A stretch of DNA of 20,633 bases from Myxococcota bacterium (GTDB taxonomy: Bacteria; Myxococcota; XYA12-FULL-58-9; JABJBS01), in assembly GCA_036339465.1 (NCBI GenBank), contig JAYZAY010000023.1, positions 1 to 20,633 on the forward strand, given 5' to 3'. Each line of letters begins with the position of its first letter. Positions within the stretch are counted from its first letter, which is position 1. This document shows, piece after piece, positions 1-9,797 of this stretch. Below the pieces are notes generated by a model, which was not told the origin of the DNA, ran no database searches, and saw only the letters and a program-made list of their open reading frames with translations. Both the position numbers and the translations under genes were made by a program.

Positions 1-167
1 CACACACACCCCGTTACCACAGCTCCATGTTGCAAGGGTGCCAGTTGATCACCCGTACCATCACCGCCAACGAGGTACACCAACCCCGCCGCAACTCCAC
101 CAAAAAAGACGCCAAAAATCGCGGAGACAATAATGGAGCCGATAGTAAGACGCTCTTGCATAACCAT
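1..167 (-). CDS. Hypothetical membrane protein, N-terminal part (runs off window start)
   Basis: Manual translation from ATG 167 (or 161): MVMQERLTIGSIIVSAIFGVFFGGVAAGLVYLVGGDG..., open to the window edge, hydrophobic helix; GGAAGGA upstream. Confidence 0.6.
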   Translation of the reverse strand, partial: MVMQERLTIGSIIVSAIFGVFFGGVAAGLVYLVGGDGTGDQLAPLQHGAVVTGCV

Positions 168-221
168 CGATACAGCATTCCTTCCTAAAAAGACAAGCGC
201 CCCAAACAAGAAGCAATCAAC

Positions 222-1214
222 TCACAGAAGCCGGGCGTAGTGGCTGTCCGAATCCACACTGGAACGGTCCATCTTGTAAGCTGGGTCTAGAAGTTCATCA
301 ATAGCAGCAGTCAGCACACCTCCGGCCCGCACCAGGGTATCCTCATGGGCCTGGGCGTCATTGGTGAATGGTCTAAACGTCTTTGGCAAAGAGTACCCCT
401 TAAACGTATCGTTCTGAGTAAGCATCTTTCCAATTCGGTAAACCACACGACCACCGCTTGGCCATGGACTGGCCCCAGGATAAATATTATCACATCCGTT
501 GGAACCCACGGGAACAACCGGTATTTCGTGCTTTAAAGCAAATTGTAACACCCCTGTTTTCGCCGACAATAGCCTTGTGGAACGAGTACCCTGAGGAAAA
601 ACCAGCAGATGCTTTTCACATTCATAAAGGGATTCGAGACTTCGCCGCTCCACCAATGCCATCACCCGGTCACACCATCGATTCATAAAACAAGCGTAGG
701 TCTCATTCGACGGAGAAAAATCACGACGTGCCTTTTCAAAAATCGTCGCAATTCCTTTTTCGATTTTCTGAGTCTCAGATGACCGCTCAATCTTAAGGTC
801 ACAAAGCTCCCGAAGAAGCCGGTACTCGTCCTTTTCCAAGCGTCGCCCTAGAGTCTCCTGAGCATCCTTAAGGATAAGATAGCCCCGACTCGGTAGTGGC
901 AAGTTGTTACACTGATCGAAAAACTGAGCCAAAATCTTATTCTGATAGTATTTAGCCTTGACCCAAGCCACGGTATATCTAGAACATTGCCGATGATGAA
1001 GCTCGTATTGTAATGGCCAATAGTTATATCGGTCGGTATGATTTAGAGCCAAAATGACACTTCGGTCCGCTGGAAGATTATCGAGGCCTTCCAAAACAAT
1101 TTCGGTCTTTTCTGGCCATCGGTACATAAACTTGAGCAGGCCCGCTACTCGCACCTGGCCCCGAGGAACTTTATTTAGGGGAACCCGTTCGATGTACGAT
1201 TCATCAATAAACAC
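222..1214 (-). CDS. Lysophospholipid/glycerolipid acyltransferase family protein (PlsC-like)
   Basis: LEGLDNLP..SVILALNHTD (block I region), VFPQGTRS (block III), IPVVPVG (block IV). Confidence 0.8.
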   Translation of the reverse strand: MFIDESYIERVPLNKVPRGQVRVAGLLKFMYRWPEKTEIVLEGLDNLPADRSVILALNHTDRYNYWPLQYELHHRQCSRYTVAWVKAKYYQNKILAQFFDQCNNLPLPSRGYLILKDAQETLGRRLEKDEYRLLRELCDLKIERSSETQKIEKGIATIFEKARRDFSPSNETYACFMNRWCDRVMALVERRSLESLYECEKHLLVFPQGTRSTRLLSAKTGVLQFALKHEIPVVPVGSNGCDNIYPGASPWPSGGRVVYRIGKMLTQNDTFKGYSLPKTFRPFTNDAQAHEDTLVRAGGVLTAAIDELLDPAYKMDRSSVDSDSHYARLL

Positions 1215-1356
1215 AACTGATCCTATCTTCAGAACTTAGAGATTAACTAAGGCAGTGCGCGCTCAGTAGTCCTAAAACCTGACCTCCCCCTTAATCTCTT
1301 GAACTGATTCCAGCAAGGCCTTGCCTCGTTTCACATTAAGAAACCAGCGATAAAAC

Positions 1357-2268
1357 TCATTTACCTGTTCCAGATTTTACCTGGAACCCAAGGAGAGAAA
1401 TATCTCGCCATATCAGAACAATGGGACCCTCTTTTCTGCTCAAAAAGAGTACGGCATGCAACCCAAAATACGAAGAACGATGGGGCCCTCTTTTCTGCTC
1501 AAAAAGAGTACGGCATGCAACCCAAAATACGATGTTCCCTGCGTTGACCAAAATGTCATGATGGTCGGCACCGAAAAAAAGAGCAGACCGGATAAAAGTG
1601 ACAGGTAAGGTGAGAGAGACATAAACTGGCGAGGGTCGCCGCCTTAAAACCCAGCCTTAGGAGCGGCCACTTCTTCAAGTTGATTGGACATCCAAACTCG
1701 CCCCACCAAACCCACCCTAGTAAAAGCGATTGCATCGATAACGTAGGCATTCAATCTAAGAAGCCTAAGAAAGGAGGATTGGCACTCGATGCAGTGATCC
1801 CAAAATGCGTAGACACCTTACCCAATAGAGTAAAGCTCAACCGAAGGGCCACAGTTCCGAGAACAACATGGCTATTCGCCCTGGATAACACCTTCAACGC
1901 GGCTGGTTCCCACAATTCACGCCGAGGAAAAGCGGCTTTGAAATTTCGCAGCAGCAAAGCTGTTGGCACCACAGCAACCAAGAACAGGCTTAACAAAGTG
2001 ACTAGACCCGCTCCAAGAACTGCCCAACCTATGGCGTAAAATAAAGAAATAGTCCAAAGTGGTATTGGAGACCGCCCCGAAGACGGCAACCTCCAGAAAT
2101 CGAAAAAGAAGGCTGCAATTGCCACAGTCGCCAGGGGTTCGAAGCAATCCAAGTGGCCTAAGAACGCAGTATCAACGATGCCGAGAAGGGGAGCAGCAGG
2201 ATTGCAAAAATATTGGGTGACGCAATTTCCAGAAAATCCCGCAAAAACAGGTACAAATCTCACTTCAT
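1357..2268 (-). pseudogene. Degraded MATE-family efflux transporter (DinF-like)
   Basis: DinF-like segments spread over different frames: FLRDFLEIASPNIF / NPAAPLLGIVDTAFLGHLD / VSNTTLDYFFI / GWAVLGAGLVT / ANSHVVLGTVALRLSF..FG...SAN; frameshifts, in-frame TGA at 1751-1753, apparent internal deletion. Boundaries approximate. Confidence 0.7.
1415..1532. repeat. 59-bp tandem duplication (2 copies, 2 mismatches)
   Basis: 1415-1473 and 1474-1532: agaac(a/g)atggg(a/g)ccctcttttctgctcaaaaagagtacggcatgcaacccaaaatacga. Confidence 0.95.
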
Positions 2269-2366
2269 GGTGTTTAATTAAGAACTAAAGCCACTCACCG
2301 CAACCGACTTAAACCTTAAACGAAAGAAAACCAGGAGAGAGACAAGGAGATTCGAAACAAGGCGGT

Positions 2367-3578
2367 CTAATTCTTCTTTTGGCTTTTTCCGCCCATCTTC
2401 GCAACCTTGGTGACCACATCTCGGGCCATCTTACCTGCAACGGTCTTTATTTTGGTTCCTTTTCCCTGCCACTTAGTCCCTGCCTCCGAACTAGATTTCC
2501 CGGCAGTTTTCACGGCTTTCTGGGTCGCTTTCGCGGCCACCTTCTTCGTAGCTGCCTTGGCCACCTTCTTCGTAGCTGTCTTGGCCGCTTTCGCGGTCAC
2601 CTTCTTCGCTGCTGTCTTGGTCGCTGTCTTGGCCACCTTCTTCGCTGCTGTCTTCGTCGCTGTCTTGGCCACCTTCTTCGCTGCTGTCTTGGTCACCTTC
2701 TTCGCTGCTGTCTTGGCCACCTTCTTCGCTGCTGTCTTGGTCGCTGTCTTAGCCACCTTCTTCGTAGCTGTCTTGGTCACCTTCTTCGTAGCTGTCTTGG
2801 CCACCTTCTTCGCTGCTGTCTTGGCCACCTTCTTCGTAGCTGTCTCGGTCACCTTCTTCGCTGCTGTCTTGGCCGCTTTCTTAGCACCCATCTCGGACTT
2901 CTTTTTGGCCGCTGCTTCAGCTTTTTGTTTGGCCAGAGCCTGCACCTGGCGTTTCGTTTCTAACGCTTCCTTTGCTTTGGATTTTTCGTCGGCTTTTCGT
3001 TTCGCCTCCGCAATTCTAGCTTCCTGCGCTTCTTCTTTGCGTTTCAATTCCGCAAGCTTCGCTGCTTCCCGAGCGGCGCGTTGCTCGGCATCTCTCTCAC
3101 TTTTGAGCTCAATCAAGAAATCCAGAACCTCTTGAACATGCTCCTCCACTCTATTCGGTCGCCAAATCGCTAAAACCTTCCCCTCTTCATCCACCAAGAC
3201 TGTGGTTCGACACCGTTGATCGGACATCCGTCCATACCAGGGCACATTACTCACCACACCATAAGCCTCCGCAACTTTCGAATCGGCATCCACCAGCATG
3301 GATAATCCCAATCCCAAGCTCTTTCTGAACTTCTCAAGCTCTTCTAATGGCTTATCCGAGATACCGAAAACCGATGTGCCCAATTTCTTGAAAGCACTTG
3401 CTTTATCTTGAAAGTCAAGAATCTCTCTCGTACAAGCCGGGGTTCCCTCTTCGATGTAGAAAACAAGAACAACAATCTTCCCAAGAAGATCCTCAAGTGA
3501 AACGGTGGTCCCACCACTTTCTGTGAGCCGAAATTGTGGTGCTTTAGAACCGAGTTTTAGGGTGGCTTGGGATCCCAT
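2367..3578 (-). CDS. bcp: BCP/PrxQ-type peroxiredoxin fused to a predicted coiled coil and histone H1-like Lys/Ala/Thr-rich tail
   Basis: APQFRL..GKIVVLVFY..TPACTRE..F, GISD, RTTVLVDEEGKV typical of BCP; then EQRAAREAAK helix and KTAAKKVA repeats. Start taken as ATG 3578 (ORF track starts at TTG 3629). Confidence 0.85.
   Translation of the reverse strand: MGSQATLKLGSKAPQFRLTESGGTTVSLEDLLGKIVVLVFYIEEGTPACTREILDFQDKASAFKKLGTSVFGISDKPLEELEKFRKSLGLGLSMLVDADSKVAEAYGVVSNVPWYGRMSDQRCRTTVLVDEEGKVLAIWRPNRVEEHVQEVLDFLIELKSERDAEQRAAREAAKLAELKRKEEAQEARIAEAKRKADEKSKAKEALETKRQVQALAKQKAEAAAKKKSEMGAKKAAKTAAKKVTETATKKVAKTAAKKVAKTATKKVTKTATKKVAKTATKTAAKKVAKTAAKKVTKTAAKKVAKTATKTAAKKVAKTATKTAAKKVTAKAAKTATKKVAKAATKKVAAKATQKAVKTAGKSSSEAGTKWQGKGTKIKTVAGKMARDVVTKVAKMGGKSQKKN
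2510..2880. repeat. Coding tandem repeat (24-bp unit with 12-bp inserts) encoding KTA(A/T)KKV(A/T)
   Basis: Repeated (g)gccaccttcttcg(c/t)(t/a)gctgtctt on the + strand, all in frame. Confidence 0.95.
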
Positions 3579-3658
3579 AGACCAGACGTTAACAGTGCTT
3601 TGATTCGGTTGCAAGTAACGGGAATTCAAAGTGTTATTTGGACCGAGACAAGGTGGCT

Positions 3659-4204
3659 CTAAAATTGCGACCTGGCTTTATCAAACAGGCCTAGGTGGGC
3701 CTTTGTCGCACCTCTATCTTCATCAACCCACTTCCTCAAAGCGTGTTTCACCGCACTGAAAGCGATTTCTTCCCAGGGAATTTCTTCGCGGTCAAACCAA
3801 CGCACCTCAAGAGATTCGTTGCCCGCTCCAAAATCATCATCATCCAGGCGAGCCAAAAACGTTAAATAAACCTGGTTGATGTGGATGACACTGTAGAGCG
3901 AGAAAAGCCGCTCTAGAGTCACCTGAGCCTGAGCTTCTTCCAAGGTTTCTCGAAGGGCTCCTTGCTCTGCCGATTCACCGTTTTCCATAAAACCCGCCGG
4001 GATTGTCCAATAGCCATACCTCGGCTCAATGGCACGCCGGCATAACAAAACCTGCCGTTCATTATGGACCAAACACCCCACAATCAATCTAGGATTCTCA
4101 TAGAAAATTGAGTCGCAACTAAAACAAATATTCCTCTCGCGGTTGTCTCCCTCAGGAACTTTCCAGGTGACATCTTTGGCGCCACATTTAGGACAATAAA
4201 TCAT
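3659..4204 (-). CDS. Nudix hydrolase with N-terminal zinc ribbon (ADP-ribose/FAD pyrophosphatase-like)
   Basis: YCPKCG..ICFSCDSIFYENP zinc ribbon; Nudix box GFMENGESAEQGALRETLEEA; start reassigned to ATG 4204. Confidence 0.9.
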   Translation of the reverse strand: MIYCPKCGAKDVTWKVPEGDNRERNICFSCDSIFYENPRLIVGCLVHNERQVLLCRRAIEPRYGYWTIPAGFMENGESAEQGALRETLEEAQAQVTLERLFSLYSVIHINQVYLTFLARLDDDDFGAGNESLEVRWFDREEIPWEEIAFSAVKHALRKWVDEDRGATKAHLGLFDKARSQF

Positions 4205-4498
4205 ATTACCTGTATCCAACGTCCTCTGTCCTGCGTGTAGGACCAACGACATACGACCTAGATGAACTGCGATGAAAGAGCCCCATCTCGTCAAGCAGAA
4301 TCACCATTAGGCTTTCGTTGCCTATATATAAAATAACAACATGAAACCTAAGCTCAATGCGACTTAAAAAAACAGAATCAAAGGATTCGGCACGATCCAG
4401 AATCCCAAAAAGAAGGAGGCTATCATTAAAAACACCCTGACTGGTTGCAACACCAAAAAGAGGACGCATGGTTGGCCTTGTCACCTAATCAGACCGCT

Positions 4499-6790
4499 CT
4501 AAGAAACCTTTGCCACCGATCGTTTCCCTTTGATTGATTTCGGTCTGTAGATCCCTCTTGGCTGGCTCCTTAAAAACCAATCTGGGGCAACCGGTCGAGA
4601 CAATAAGTATCCCTGTCCAAATTGACACCCCATTTCCCGCAAATGGTCTAGTTGAAACCAATGCTCGATTCCCTCCGCTACAACATTGAGTTTTAGGCTT
4701 TTGGCCACGGCCAGAATTGCTCTAATGATCTCACCAATTTCTTAATTTTGTCCCAAACGACTTACGAACGAACGATCGATCTTAAGTAAATCAATGGGAA
4801 AGGTGTGCAAGGCACTCAAAGAAGAGTAGCCCGTGCCAAAGTCATCCAAATGTAGGTGCACGCCCATATCGCGGAGGGCGGCAAGTCGTTTCTTCACGGG
4901 CCCCATATTTTGAAGAACCAAAGACTCTGTAATCTCCAAGCATAAACAGTCGCCATCGAGATTAAACGCCTCCAAAGCACCCACCACCTTCTGTACAAAA
5001 TCCTCGTGCATCAATTGTAGAGCCGAAACATTCACAGAAACACGCGGATAGTGAACACCGTCCCCACTTCTCTGCAAACGAGATAATTGAGCGCAGGATT
5101 CAAAGATAACCCACGTCCCTAAATGAGAAATCAAACCGGTTTCTTCCGCAATACTGATAAAGTTTTCGGGAGGAACAATTTGTCCCTTCCGATCCCTCCA
5201 GCGCACCAACACTTCTAGACTATGAATCTCAAAAGTCTCGATATCGTAAATTGGCTGCATGACGATATGTAACTTTTTCTCGTCAAGAGCACGTCTCAAT
5301 TCGTTTTCAAGCTCCAATCGATGAGCCACCTCAACCTTCATACGTTGGTCGAACAAACAATAACCCATGGTCGTGCTTTTTTTCGCTCGATAAAGGGCCA
5401 TGCTAGCCTCTCCGACGACCATCTCCGCACTTCTATGGTGGGGTGAAAATTGAACCAGCCCCATACTAATGGGAACATACACAACCTGTGACCCGATATG
5501 AATCGGCAACGAAAACAACTGCTTAATACGCGCAGATATCTCCATCAACCCCGCCGTATCCCTAACTCGAGGCAACAAGATGCCAAACTCATCCCCACTC
5601 AATCGACTAACCACGCCTTCCTCAAAAACAATATCCGAAAGTCGATCCGCCACCGAGCACAGAAATTCGTCCCCAACCACATGACCAAAGGTGTCATTGA
5701 CCAGTTTAAATCGATCAATATCCAATAGAATCACGCCACCGAGTCGTTGTCGACCCATGGAACGATGGCTTAATAATGTTGCGATAGAACCTAAAAAACA
5801 GGTTCGGTTGGGCAAGCCCGTAAGGGAATCGTGTTGGGCCTGAATTTTGAGTGACTGCTCGGAAACCTTTCGAACCGTGATATCAGAGATCGAACCCGCC
5901 ATTCGAACCGGGCGACCACCGGCAACCAAACAGGTCCCCCTCAATGATATCCAAGATTGAGTGCCGTCACTGAAAACAACCCTGCACTCATGTTCAAAGG
6001 AGTCACCATCGCCGGATACATGAAGTCCGATAGCATTGATAATATTCAACTGGTCCTCAGGGTGAACTTTTTGAAATGCGTCAAAAGGCTGCCCAAACTC
6101 GACTGCACTTTCCAATCCCAGCAACTCCGATGCCCGATCAGACAGGTAGAGCTTGTGGAGGTCAAATCGGTAATCCCAAATACCATCTCGCACACCGCGA
6201 ACCACCAGTTCATAGCGCGCCTGACTCTCCGCTAAAGCTTGTTCGTGTTGTCGCAAGTTGTCGCGCGCCATAGCCATCGATGCTAAATCTGCAAGAGAGG
6301 CGGCAAAAGTCGCATCGGAAGAAGTCCAAACCCTTGGACCCACTCCAACATGCTCATGACAAAGTACACCCACCACTTCACCATTCCTGCGAATGGGTGC
6401 ATCCAATACAGCTGTGATGCCCTCCGGAAGAAGATACGAGTCTTTAAACTCAGTCATAGATGAGTGGGTGCGCACATCATTGGCCACCACCGCCCGATTG
6501 GCATCCAAGGCCTCAAAATAGGTGGGGTAGCTCTGCCGGGTCAATACCGCACCTTCGACATAGGTCCCCAACTTTCGGCTGTAAAGGGTTTCGCAGGCGA
6601 TCACGCTTTGGGCATCATCATAAAGCCAAATACTTGCCCGTTCCGTCATGAGACAATCGGCCGCTACTTTAACCAAGGAGCGAAATGCGACGGCCATCGA
6701 AACCGTGGGCGCAGAGGTCTGCCGCGCTAAAAGAAGAAGCGCTTGCTGTTGTCGGCGATGTTGTTCCGATACAGGGATGGTCTCATCCAT
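4499..6790 (-). pseudogene. GAF-PAS-GGDEF-EAL c-di-GMP signalling protein interrupted by an in-frame TAA (4742-4744)
   Basis: GAF (SYLLPEGITAVLDAPI..GVLCHEH), PAS/PAC (DGIWDY..HPED..GSISDIT), HDSLTGLPNR/SGDEF, EVLVRW, DDFGTGYSS; same frame resumes after TAA with EIGEIIRAILAVAKSLKLNVVAEGIE..QGYLLSRP. May be expressed as a truncated protein (4742-6790). Confidence 0.8.
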
Positions 6791-7034
6791 GGGCGTGTGT
6801 TTCCCCCATACAACCACAGGCGATTGAATTGAATGTTCCTCAAAAACAGCACAAATCTAACTCTGTCGCTGTGTGTAATACTTCAGCACACCTTTGGAGT
6901 TTGGTAAAGGCTTTCATCGGTGTCAGTCCACTATCCTGGTGACCCTGCCCTCAAACGTTGCGTCTGCCCCTCATCTACGATAGCTAGCCGGGCAAAATAA
7001 TTAAAACCAAGCCACCGAAGGGGACTGGATCCGC

Positions 7035-7853
7035 ATGGAATTTCAGAACATTAAAATCGAGAAAAATCAGGAAATTGCCATCGCAACCCTCGACCGCCCC
7101 GAGAAAGCCAATGCCCTAAGCCAAAACCTTTGGAATGAAATTGGCGAACTCGCCAGGTGGGTTGACCGCCAACCGGATATTCGCGTGGTCCTCCTCGAAG
7201 GCGCCGGCAAACACTTCTGTGCAGGAATTGATTATCAATTGATCATGGAAATCGTTGGAAAAGTAGGCCCGAAGCTCGAAGGACACAAACAAGCAGCCCT
7301 GCTACAAATCATCGAAGATCTCCAGAGAGCATTCACTGCGATCGAGCAATGCCGCCAGCCCTTCATCGCCGCGATCCATGGTGCTTGTGTAGGTGGAGGA
7401 ATCGACTTGGTCACAGCCTGTGATATCCGATATGCATCCGCAGAAAGTCGGTTCTCTGTTAAAGAAATCGACCTAGCCATTGTCGCCGACATTGGCACCC
7501 TCCAACGACTCCCTCATCTGGTGGGTCAAGGCAATGCCCGAGAACTCGCCATGACGGGCCGAACCATCGACGCCCATGAAGCCAAATCCATGGGACTCAT
7601 TTCGGAAGTATTTAGCGATCCTCAAAGCCTGAGGGATGAAGCAATTAAGCGCGCCACGCTCATTTCGAAAAAATCCCCCCTGACCTTGAGGGGCATCAAA
7701 AAAGTCATGAACTACTGCCGCAACGTCTCCGTGGAGCAAGGCTTACAATATGTAGCAACCTGGAATGCGGGCATGCTCTTATCCGCCGATGCACAAGAAG
7801 CCTTAAGCTCACAGCTCGAAAAGCGGGAGTCGGTTTTCCAAAACCCGATCTAA
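7035..7853 (+). CDS. Crotonase-family enoyl-CoA hydratase/isomerase (delta3,5-delta2,4-dienoyl-CoA isomerase-like)
   Basis: HFCAGID, IHGACVGGGIDLVTACDIRY, FSVKEIDLAIVADIGTLQRLP; GAAGGGG RBS-like site upstream. Confidence 0.9.
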   Translation: MEFQNIKIEKNQEIAIATLDRPEKANALSQNLWNEIGELARWVDRQPDIRVVLLEGAGKHFCAGIDYQLIMEIVGKVGPKLEGHKQAALLQIIEDLQRAFTAIEQCRQPFIAAIHGACVGGGIDLVTACDIRYASAESRFSVKEIDLAIVADIGTLQRLPHLVGQGNARELAMTGRTIDAHEAKSMGLISEVFSDPQSLRDEAIKRATLISKKSPLTLRGIKKVMNYCRNVSVEQGLQYVATWNAGMLLSADAQEALSSQLEKRESVFQNPI

Positions 7854-8270
7854 AGCACCTAATTTATCCGTGGTGAGGTAATACCAAAGCGTTGAAATGG
7901 GCTGCATCACTGTGGGTCGCTTTTGACCGACGCGCCAATACAGCCAATAGAACCACAAAACTCTGTGTGTTAGAGTCAGCCAAAACGCCAAAACTCAATC
8001 CACTTGGAAAAAGTTCACGATGGCCTCATAGGTGCCAATTTTTGTAGGGCCTACATCACGCCACATATTATTTTAGGACTACGTTTCGAAATACCCTTAC
8101 GCCGATACTACCATCAAATTCCCACAAAACACCGCACCAATGGAGCCAAATCCACGAAGGCACAAGCAAGGGCCGGTAATTAGATAACAGAATTTGGTAT
8201 TAACATCTTGATGATGCTAAGAGAAGAAGTAAGCCGTCTAGCCCAAGCGATTCATAGAAAGGCAGCCACG

Positions 8271-8879
8271 ATGAAAAAATTGGAGAAAGGCTTTACCCTT
8301 ATCGAGCTTATGATTGTTGTCGCGATTATTGGTATTCTTGCCGCCATCGCCATTCCAAACTTTAATCGTTTTCAGGCTCGAGCCAAACAAGCGGAGGTGA
8401 GGACCAATCTCAAATCCATCTTCACAGCCAAGGTTTCTCAATTCTCTGAGTGGGGCAGTTATATGTGCATGGGTGATTGTTACTGTGGTTGGGCTGTGAC
8501 GGGTAAAACCCGCTACTCTTACGATTGTGACGACTCGGGTGCCTCCCCCACCGACAACAGCAATCCAGATCCATCTTACTTCAATTTCAATGGAACGAAT
8601 TCTGCCCCTACAGTACGAGATGTGCGAGGCGGAGCGACACCCTGTTCGCTTCCAGCAATCACGACAAGTACTCACTCATATTTCCAAATCGGAGCTTCGG
8701 CCAATATCGATAGTGACATATATTGCGATAAATGGGTCATTAACGGTGGTCATTCTGGGACGGCTCAAAACACTCGGGCCTACTTAGAAGGTACACCACA
8801 AAACTATGACAATGACGTCGACGGAGGCAAAAACTCCATAGAAAACTCCGTCCCAGAAGTCTTTGCTAGCACAGACTAG
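8271..8879 (+). CDS. pilA: Type IVa pilin (copy 1)
   Basis: [31 protein letters not shown] prepilin cleavage/methylation motif with E+5; start at ATG 8271 by alignment to copy 2; six Cys. Confidence 0.9.
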   Translation: MKKLEKGFTLIELMIVVAIIGILAAIAIPNFNRFQARAKQAEVRTNLKSIFTAKVSQFSEWGSYMCMGDCYCGWAVTGKTRYSYDCDDSGASPTDNSNPDPSYFNFNGTNSAPTVRDVRGGATPCSLPAITTSTHSYFQIGASANIDSDIYCDKWVINGGHSGTAQNTRAYLEGTPQNYDNDVDGGKNSIENSVPEVFASTD

Positions 8880-9153
8880 CGCTTCGTAATCGCCCTTAAC
8901 CCTCATTCCCTTGCCCCTGCAAAACCGACATCACGACACATACCATTTTCGAACTACATTTCGAAATCTCCGTTCACCTATCCCATCAAATACCCACAAA
9001 AAGATCTCACCAACGGACTCAATTTTCCGCTGGCACAGCCTCTCGTTATATTTTGCCTGCAAATTTGGTGTTTAAGACCTCATTGTGATAAATTCTTACT
9101 GAGATTATGGGTAGTACATCACCCAAACAACTTTAAGAAAAAGGTAGAATACG

Positions 9154-9756
9154 ATGGGAAAACTTGAAAAAGGATTTACACTTATCGAGCTAATGATCGT
9201 TGTCGCAATCATAGGGATTCTTGCCGCCATTGCGATTCCAAATTTTAGTCGTTTTCAGTCTCGAACCAAACAAGCGGAGGTAAAAACCAATCTCAAATCC
9301 ATCTTCACAGCCAAGAATTCTCAGTTTACTGAGCGAAGAAGCTACGTGTGCTTAAGTGATTGTTACTGTGGCTGGACTGTGGACGGTAAAACCCGCTATT
9401 CTTACGATTGTGACGACTCGGGTGCCACCTTCAGCGACGCCACAAACCCAGACACATCTTACTACTTGGGCACCACCGGCGGACCGAACTCTGATGCAAT
9501 AACACGAATAATACAAGGCGGAGGCCCATCCTGTGACGTTCCAACAATCACGCAAGGTACTTTCTTTTCCTTCCAAATCGGAGCTTCGGCCAATATCGAT
9601 AGTGACAGCTTTTGTGATGAGTGGGTCATTAACGGTGGTTTTAATACGGCGGCTGAAAACGCTCGGGTCTTGCAAGAGGGTACACCACAAAACTATAATA
9701 ATGATGTTGAGCTAGGCATGGGTGCTACACAAACCGCCGTCCCGGCTCTTTGGTAG
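9154..9756 (+). CDS. pilA: Type IVa pilin (copy 2)
   Basis: [39 protein letters not shown]-like site; paralog of 8271-8879. Confidence 0.9.
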   Translation: MGKLEKGFTLIELMIVVAIIGILAAIAIPNFSRFQSRTKQAEVKTNLKSIFTAKNSQFTERRSYVCLSDCYCGWTVDGKTRYSYDCDDSGATFSDATNPDTSYYLGTTGGPNSDAITRIIQGGGPSCDVPTITQGTFFSFQIGASANIDSDSFCDEWVINGGFNTAAENARVLQEGTPQNYNNDVELGMGATQTAVPALW

Positions 9757-9771
9757 CGATTAGTAATCGCT
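9755..9771. other. Perfect 8-bp inverted repeat overlapping the pilin-2 stop codon
   Basis: agcgatta-g-taatcgct; degenerate copy after pilin 1 (agcgcttcgtaatcgcc). Confidence 0.6.
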
Positions 9772-9797
9772 CTTAACCCTCAGACAACGCCTACCAA

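Larger units (their letters stand above)
8053..9782 (+). repeat. Tandem duplication of a pilin unit (upstream region + gene + 3' motif): 8053-8905 and 8928-9782
   Basis: Homology starts at acatcacg(c/a)cacata...actac(g/a)tttcgaaat and ends at gtaatcgc(c/t)cttaaccctca in both copies. Confidence 0.85.

Noticed and set aside
2379..3135. Plus-strand ORFs of 194 and 242 aa (Cys/His-rich and hydrophobic repeats)
   Set aside because: Antisense shadows of the Lys/Ala repeat of the peroxiredoxin fusion.
4206..4484. 92-aa minus-strand ORF between Nudix and the EAL tail
   Set aside because: No recognisable motif or RBS; probably intergenic, cannot be supported.
1751..4744. Stop-codon reassignment or selenocysteine to explain in-frame stops at 1751 (TGA) and 4742 (TAA)
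   Set aside because: Different codons; TGA and TAA end intact genes elsewhere in the window; the TGA lies in a gene that also has frameshifts.
8021..8036. Sigma54 promoter for pilin 1 (TGGCCTCATAGGTGCC)
   Set aside because: GG-N10-GC spacing is right but the match is otherwise weak, and it lies outside the region shared with pilin 2.
8271..9756. Diversity-generating retroelement template/variable repeat pair
   Set aside because: Differences are not adenine-specific, include indels, both copies are intact genes, and no reverse transcriptase is present.
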